DNA of 64,000 nt from Bugula neritina (taxonomy: Eukaryota; Animalia; Bryozoa). Both the position numbers and the translations under genes were made by a program. The stretch covers positions 17,822,059 through 17,886,058 of the forward strand of contig OZ037767.1 of NCBI GenBank assembly GCA_964035545.1. The letters are read 5' to 3'. Shown here one piece after another: positions 48,501 through 64,000 of the stretch (its first letter is position 1; each line of letters opens with the position of its first letter). The notes below the pieces were generated by a model that did not search any database, was not told the origin of the DNA, and saw only the letters and a list, made by a program, of their open reading frames with translations.

Positions 48501-51500
48501 CTATCTGCATGTGGTTAAACACAACTATAAAACAGACAATAAATATTATAAACTACCTTAATATATAAAACATTTTATTTTAATTTGATAATAGTAATTG
48601 CTTGCAGAGCTGAGATACTAGTCTACTGACTACAAGTGATCAACTCGAACAATTCCACAACACTTGGAGTTAACAAGACTAAAATAATAAATAAAACATA
48701 ACTATTCACAACTTTTTCAGAAATATATATACATGAATTATAGAAAATCAGTTATCAACAAGCATACAAGAAGTACAATCCTACATCCTGTGAAATTAGT
48801 AAAATTAAATACACAGAAAAATGTATTATGAATAATAATAAATACCTAATTATAACCAAGATGGGGCTCACAGAACTGACCACAGTTGGCTAGGTCCTAT
48901 CTTCCTGGTGTAGACCATATGTTCTCTAATGTGTGAATATCTGAGCTGCTTGGACACATTCTAAAAAACAAAACACATTCGATAAATTAAAATTGTTGAA
49001 TAAATGATGACAGACATGCAGTATGAGACAACTTATAAACCGTAAACTCTAGAGTATTGGAAATTTACATCATGATAAAATCAACATAGTCTACAGAACA
49101 AGGAAAGAAACTTCGTTGAAACAAAAACATAATTTGTTTCAGTTCAAACAGCTTAAACCGAATAATCCACTTTAACTTTTCAATTTCGAGGAATTAGTAT
49201 GATCATAATGGGTATGTAACTGAAATAAAGTAAAACAAATTAAATCATTGGGCATAAGTTAAACTTTATTATACTGGTATAAGGCTATAGTGAAAAAAAT
49301 TAAAATATTTGATTTCAATTATACAATTATTTCTAGTATTCATTTTGTAGTTTAGTTCAACAGACCAGAGAAGAACAGGGTAAAAGTTATGTTGAAGCCA
49401 TGCCAGCCAATTTGAAGCTAAGCTAAATTGAAATTCATTATAAGCCTTGCAGTTGCATCTGCTCGAATGACTGCAGAATCAAATGGACTAGCAATGGGTA
49501 TTAACCTATTTATTAAATACAATATTCAGTGTGAATTCCAAGCCTATGAATAAATACAGATCAACAATCAGTAAAATAAAGATACTGTTGGTAAAAAATT
49601 ATTAAATGGCATGGTAAATAACTGTTTACCTTGGTAAGATGACCAAACAGTTTCATGCAGTTGCACGACCATTCACTATGAAGAGCAACTTACTATAATG
49701 CAGTGCAGCAGACGTGCTCAGTCATCCGTAACCAATCACTGCTCAGTCGTCTGTAACTGATCACGTGATTATTGGGGCATGCGCTATATCTCATGACTCA
49801 CTTCCAATGGTGTCACCAATTCAGTGCAATCTGTATGCAGCAAAAAGAGCAATACTAGTTGTAGTGCGATATAAGATTCTATGAGGCTTCAAGTTTCAGA
49901 ATATAATGAAGGGAAAACAGAGATGTAGCAATCAAATACTTTTAAAAATTTGTCTTTTTTAAGCAGCATTATCAATCATGTTTAGGGCAAAAAAACAGGA
50001 AAAGAAATCACTATGCTAAATTAACCATCAAGAAAACAAACACAAATTAATGACCCAAAAAGACATAAAGAAATTGAACAGGTGAGCTCAAGAAACTGCT
50101 TGTTCTAGAAGCTAGTCAGGCGAATGATGAAAATGAGTGTTGCAACTTGGAATTTGACTTTTGGGAATTTTTATAGAGCTTTATCATCTTTCTAACCATT
50201 CACCATTAAATCACCAACTTCTGTTATTGAATGCAACTAGATATAAGCATAAGGTTAGGGACCTAAAGAAAGAGGCCAGGGCTGTGCATGCACTTGCTTA
50301 CTCCCAACTTTGACTACTGGTTGTGGGTAAACATTCAACTATATAGTTGTTTGAAATGAGTTGGGGCAGGTCACAGTCATGAATTACTAAACAATCTGCA
50401 TGTATAGCATTAAGTTTACTATAATATGTGCCTGATAAAATAACACTATATATCCAGAATAATTTTAAATAGCATGATATTCAGGATTAGGTAATTTTTT
50501 ACTTAAAGCAATCTCATATTTCTAAACACTTGTAGTTCTCAATAATTTAAACAGATATTAAAAAAACATCAAACTTGAATATTGTTAAATAATAGTAAGA
50601 GAAGTAGAGGCTATGATATAACAACATAGAGCGATTAAAGGACTAGAAAACAAAGAATTAAAATAATTCATAGCAAGAACAGATAAAGATGAGGCTTACT
50701 GAGATGGGAAGAATAACACAGAGAAAAAAAGAGTACAGGTTGCTGTTCCTCTACACATCTTGCAAAACAAAAAATAGCACATAAACTTGTTCAAAATACA
50801 ATAGAAAAAAGGAAGCATGAGTTATGGCAATAGAAACATAACCTGTAAAATTTTTTCCTCCAAACTGACACTCAACACTATGTTAATACTGTATAGGAGT
50901 ATATGTTATATCTAAAGTTTCTAACTGGTTAAATGATTGAACCAACATCAAAATTCTCTACTCATGCATATAATATAGATGTATGATATAAGTAGGAAAT
51001 CTAGTAACGCAATGAGTCTTACAACAACTTACAGAGAAGTAAAATGCTATATCGGTTTAGCTTGAGTTCAACTATAATTGGTAATTCTTGAAAATACAAC
51101 TTGATGAAAAGTTTAAAACTGTTTACTTGTTGAATTATGATTAAATGCAAATTTGTGAACACTTCTATAGATAAATAGCTTCATCAAGGAGACATGTTAT
51201 ACTTAATAAGAATTACCTCCATATAGCTCTTACAGCTGACACATGCCAAGAATAATCTAGAATGAATTTGTCCAACTTTACACCCAATTGGTTGGTTGTC
51301 TAGTAGCTGACCATGTGACCATCACACCAGTTACTGTAATAATAAAGTAGTCTATAATTATGTGGTGTTGCATATGATGAAAAACAATAAAATAAACATA
51401 AAATTCTAAATACAGCTCATTTATTACAACAGCAGTAGAAAAAGCCAAAAAAATGAGAAATGGAAAAATACAAAACAATCATATTTAATCTTGAAGATTA

Positions 51501-52225
51501 ATCATTACTCAAATAAGTAGAAGAGTGTCATCATGCTTAATTAAGTTAAAATATAATTTGTTGAAAGAGCCATAACTTGATAAATAATAAAGCTAGCAAA
51601 TATACCTGATTGTTACCAGCAAGCTAAACATAGTTACCAAGTGAGAACAAAATACTTCCCTAGTCTGGAGGCTGCTGAGTCACAATAAACTGATCAAACT
51701 ATTCTTACTGACAGAGCAGACAATTTGCAAGTGTGAGCCTTTGAATATCCTAAAGAAAACAACTACCTCATCATATTCCAAGAAACTGCGAGAAGACAAC
51801 TACATAATGGAACTTTAGGAAAACAGGAGAAGACAACTACATTAGGAGCAAGCAGCAAGCTGCACAAATTTCCATTACCAGAGTTAGCTGATAATAAAAT
51901 TATAACCTCACGTGAAATAGCATGGCACATTATTGATTATTAAAAACACACAATAGAATAGATATGTAACTATACAGGTATGTAGATTATTTTTAGAAAA
52001 TACTGCAAGTTTCCTCCACAAATAACTACAATATTCAAAAAGTGAATCAGAAATTTAAACAGATGGAAAATTTGGAATGTTTTACAATATTAGATAATAT
52101 GTGATAAGGGGTTTGGGGTTTGAACTGAAAAACTGAAGAGAACTAACATAAAAATACTGAGAAGAAACAAACAACAGCTTTAACACAAATCTGAGAAACC
52201 GTGAACAAACAGAAAAGGCAAAAGT
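42520..52225 (-). repeat. Tandem direct duplication of the duplicon, period ~5.3-5.7 kb (42520-47010 vs 48160-52225)
   Basis: Matching anchors: 44035/49708, 45003/50691, 45961/51283. Confidence 0.88.
45417..45759. mobile_element. PIF/Harbinger-type (Tourist-like) MITE, 343 bp
   Basis: ~68-bp TIRs (gcctagggccacac...gtgtggccctaggc), TSD TAA, empty site in the paralogue at 51082-51084. Confidence 0.92.
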
Positions 52226-53029
52226 GAAGCAGAGTGAAGTGAAAACAACAGTAATAAAAGCATTCTACTGCCTGCATGTGTTACTAATCTGAATTCAGCA
52301 GAGGAAGTGTTATATTAGGATCATTATTGACTTTGTAAACACTATTCATCTAAATACAGTAGATTACAAGAAGCAGGCCATAATGGTGAAACTGATTGCC
52401 TTGAAATATTGAGTAGTGATTTAAAAAAATCAACTTTGGCAAAACCTGAGCATGATCATGGTGTTTAAACGGTATGAAAATACTTAATAGGGAATGAGGG
52501 AAAAATTGTCAAAACTCAAAATGAGTGAATCATATTACATACAAATTAAATGATTTTAAACTGAAAATGAGTTCAAACTGACTAACTTAAATGAATGAAA
52601 AATAGGAACAAATTACCATTCTAATATTACATAAACTCGAGTATGAAAATACAAAACATATTACATTTTTATACTACTATTACCTATTTGTCATTAGCAT
52701 AAAAACAAACACAACTAATGGAGTAAAATTTTTACTCTATTCATAATATCAATTTGAATGATGAATATAAATTTTCGTAGTCATATACTGATGGTAACAA
52801 AGTAGAATAGTAGTGATTATAATGATGAATATCAATATGCATAAAACCCAATTTCCAAGAGACTAGAACAAGTGCTAAAACTAGACGGACGAAACACGAA
52901 TAAAGACACCCAACTTGAAATAACATTTCATTACAATTATGACTAATGGTCATAGTCATGCTTATAGGTTACCAGTAGAGGTTTGAGTTGTGGGAAAATA
53001 AAATAAAACGGGAGCCTGGAAAAGAATGA

Positions 53030-53420
53030 AAATGAGAATAATAATCAATAACATAATTTAAAATATTATCATAATCATTAGGCATTGCAGTTATGATTAT
53101 AATTATTCTAACAATAGTTGACATTATCATTATGATTATAATCATCATCGACTTTTGTTGCCTATGGTTATCAATATCATATTGATATTTATTCTGATAA
53201 TAAAAACAAAAATGACAACTAATACTATAACTATTAATATTACTCTTACTACTACGTCTACTGTTAGTGCAAGTATTTGTGTTAATAATACTAATACTAA
53301 TAGTAATACTAATAAGCTACTAAAACTACTAAAAATAGTCAAGTGAGCTACTATTACTCTATAGTCTATTGGCATTACTTAAATCATTACCCTTAGTGTT
53401 ACTATTACTAACATAATCTT
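53030..53420. repeat. Low-complexity AAT/ACT-rich tract
   Basis: Degenerate trinucleotide periodicity. Confidence 0.6.
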
Positions 53421-53540
53421 AATGATGAAGTTTGACATAAAATGAAAACGATTAAAATTAAATGCAAGGAGCCACGACTTGAAATTTAATTGAATTAGCA
53501 GTTGATACAGATATTACCGCGACAGGGTTAAGGATTCTCT

Positions 53541-53978
53541 CAGTGTGGTATATTTAAGAGTGTTGCCATTAGCAAATCTTACGGAATCATATGGGCGCCA
53601 TTATGCCGAGATTGGTACCGCGAGTTTATATAAGTTATAAAGGAAAAATTTTGCCACTTTTGTTATTTTATTTTTTTTCTATTTTATGTGTACATTTTTT
53701 TTAATTTTTTTTAATGGTAAAGTTTTTAAACACATTTTTAATGCACATAAAATTAAAAAAAAAATTAAAACTCAATCATGCACATAAATACAAAGCTATA
53801 AAGTTAAAGCTTCGCTGTGATTTTAATGTGAATATGAATTGAATAATGCTTGCAATAACCATTATACACAAAATACGTTACAGTTGCTATGAATGTAAGA
53901 CTAGTTAATTGGATGCAAATAGGCACGGTAATACTACCTAATTTATGCTATTTTTGAATTTTGTAGTAAATATTTGGC

Positions 53979-54043
<65 letters not shown>

Positions 54044-54600
54044 TAAATATATATATAATATTATTATATATATATAATATATAATATTATTATATGTATA
54101 TATATATATATATTATATATAATATCATTATATATATAATGTATATAATTTAATATATAATATAATAATATATTATATATATTATATATGATATTATTAT
54201 ATATATATAATATATAATATATTAATGTATAATATATTATTATAATATATATATATATCATATATAATATAATATATAATATAATAATATATTATATATG
54301 ATATTATATATATATAATATATATAATATAATATAATAATATATAATATATTATTAAAATATATATATATATATTATTATAATATATATATATATTATAT
54401 ATAATATTATTATACTTGTATAATATATATATATAATATAATATAATATATAATAATATATAATATATTATAATATATATATATATATATTATAAATAAT
54501 ATAATATAATAATATATTTTATATGATATTATATATATATAATATATATATAATATAATATAATGATATATAATATATTATTAAAATATATATATATATT

Positions 54601-54638
<38 letters not shown>

Positions 54639-55066
54639 CATGCCGAATATTTACTACAAATTTCAAAAATAGCATAAATTAAATAGTATTACCGTGCCTA
54701 TTTGCATCCAATTTACTAGTCTTACATTTATAGCAACTGTAACGTATTTTGTGTAAAATGGTTATTGCAAGCATTATTCAATTTATATTCACATTGTAAT
54801 CACAGCGAAGCTTAAACTTTATAGCTTTGTATTTACGTGCATGATTAAGTTTTAATTTTTTTTAAAATTTTATATGTATTGAAAATATGTTTAAAAACTT
54901 TACCAATAAACAAAATTAAAAAAAATGGACACATAATATAGAAAAAAAAATAAAATCACAAAAGTGGCAAAATTTTTCCTTTATAACTTATATAAACTTG
55001 CGGTACCATTAGCGACATAATGATTTTTCATGGTTTAAAGTCAACACTCTTAAATATACCACACTG
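53541..55066. mobile_element. Foldback-like non-autonomous DNA element: ~440-bp inverted arms around a ~650-bp (AT)n-derived core
   Basis: cagtgtggtatatttaagagtgttg (53541) vs caacactcttaaatataccacactg (ends 55066); arms 53541-53985 and 54635-55066; no clean TSD seen. Confidence 0.75.
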
Positions 55067-55838
55067 GAATCTCTAAACAGAACTTGCAGAAGACATCAAT
55101 GTAGGTTCAGCCGAGTGAATGATGAATGGCGATCCAATTAGAACCACGATTGAATACGTGCTTGTTACGTCATGTATCGTGACCCATGACTGGCCGTGCA
55201 CGGCTTTAATATCCATGGACTGTGAATAACGGCTTTCTATTGGTTGAACAAATAATAAAAAATGACAACAGACTCAAGAGAGTGCGAGCTATAGATTAAG
55301 TGTATATATTAAGATAATTCGTTGATCAGCAACGGAAGAAATGGGTGAAGCATAAGGTTTAAAAACCATAGCCTTAAAAAGCAAAAAAAGTATATAAACC
55401 ATAAGGCCAATATAGTTTAAAATAGTACAAGTTTCATTCAATTTAAAAAGAGGATAACTCTAATATGCTGAAGAGTGACTGTAAGAAATGATGGAGAGAT
55501 AAAGTTGTGTAGAAAACCACCAATGGAAAGTTATGTGGTTGGTATGTTAACTTCGAGGAAAAATGCTAGATTAATTACTGACCAAACAAATGCAGCATTA
55601 TGTATCTGATCACGAGTATGGCATACTGTCTATATGAAAGATAAAAGTTGCTGAGTGAGCTCAGGGGAGCAAAGGGTCAGAAAACTAGCCAAAAGAGGAC
55701 AACATTGGAGTAGAGTTCCACTAATTTAATCTATAAGTTCCGATGTCATGAACAATTGATAGTTGAGTGTGTTTGATGGCCTCGCTAATTGTTTGATTAT
55801 GAAAATTAGCGGTTTGTAAAGGTTTTAGAATTATGGAC

Positions 55839-64000
<8,162 letters not shown>

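Noticed and set aside
53145-54261. Hydrophobic or Ile/Tyr-rich ORFs
   Set aside because: Translations of low-complexity AT repeats.

Overview
AT-rich eukaryotic (animal-like, spliceosomal introns) sequence that appears to be the last ~64 kb of a chromosome arm. Left to right: (1) the last ten exons of an intact laccase-like multicopper oxidase gene (94-5678, +), with a different minisatellite in five of its introns and a solo LTR in another; (2) a decayed CR1/L2-type LINE on the minus strand, split by two very young Ty3/Gypsy LTR insertions. The first (6387-11657) has no RT, RNase H or integrase core, but keeps Gag, a -1 frameshift cassette, protease, an integrase Zn-binding domain and an extra intron-containing zinc-finger/coiled-coil gene. 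The second (13018-17861) is an intact Mag-like element; (3) a 9.5-kb 49/51-bp satellite; (4) about 21 kb of duplicated, spliced-looking but ORF-less units arranged as a ~4-kb-arm inverted repeat plus a tandem duplication, with a Harbinger-type MITE; (5) a ~1.5-kb foldback element; (6) a (GGGGTTT)n array, probably the telomere, with a homogeneous GGGGTTC block near its start and a poly-G stretch that looks like a sequencing artefact. The most unusual item is the RT-less yet recently inserted LTR element carrying a spliced accessory gene. All alignments and counts were done by eye, so identities and copy numbers are approximate.
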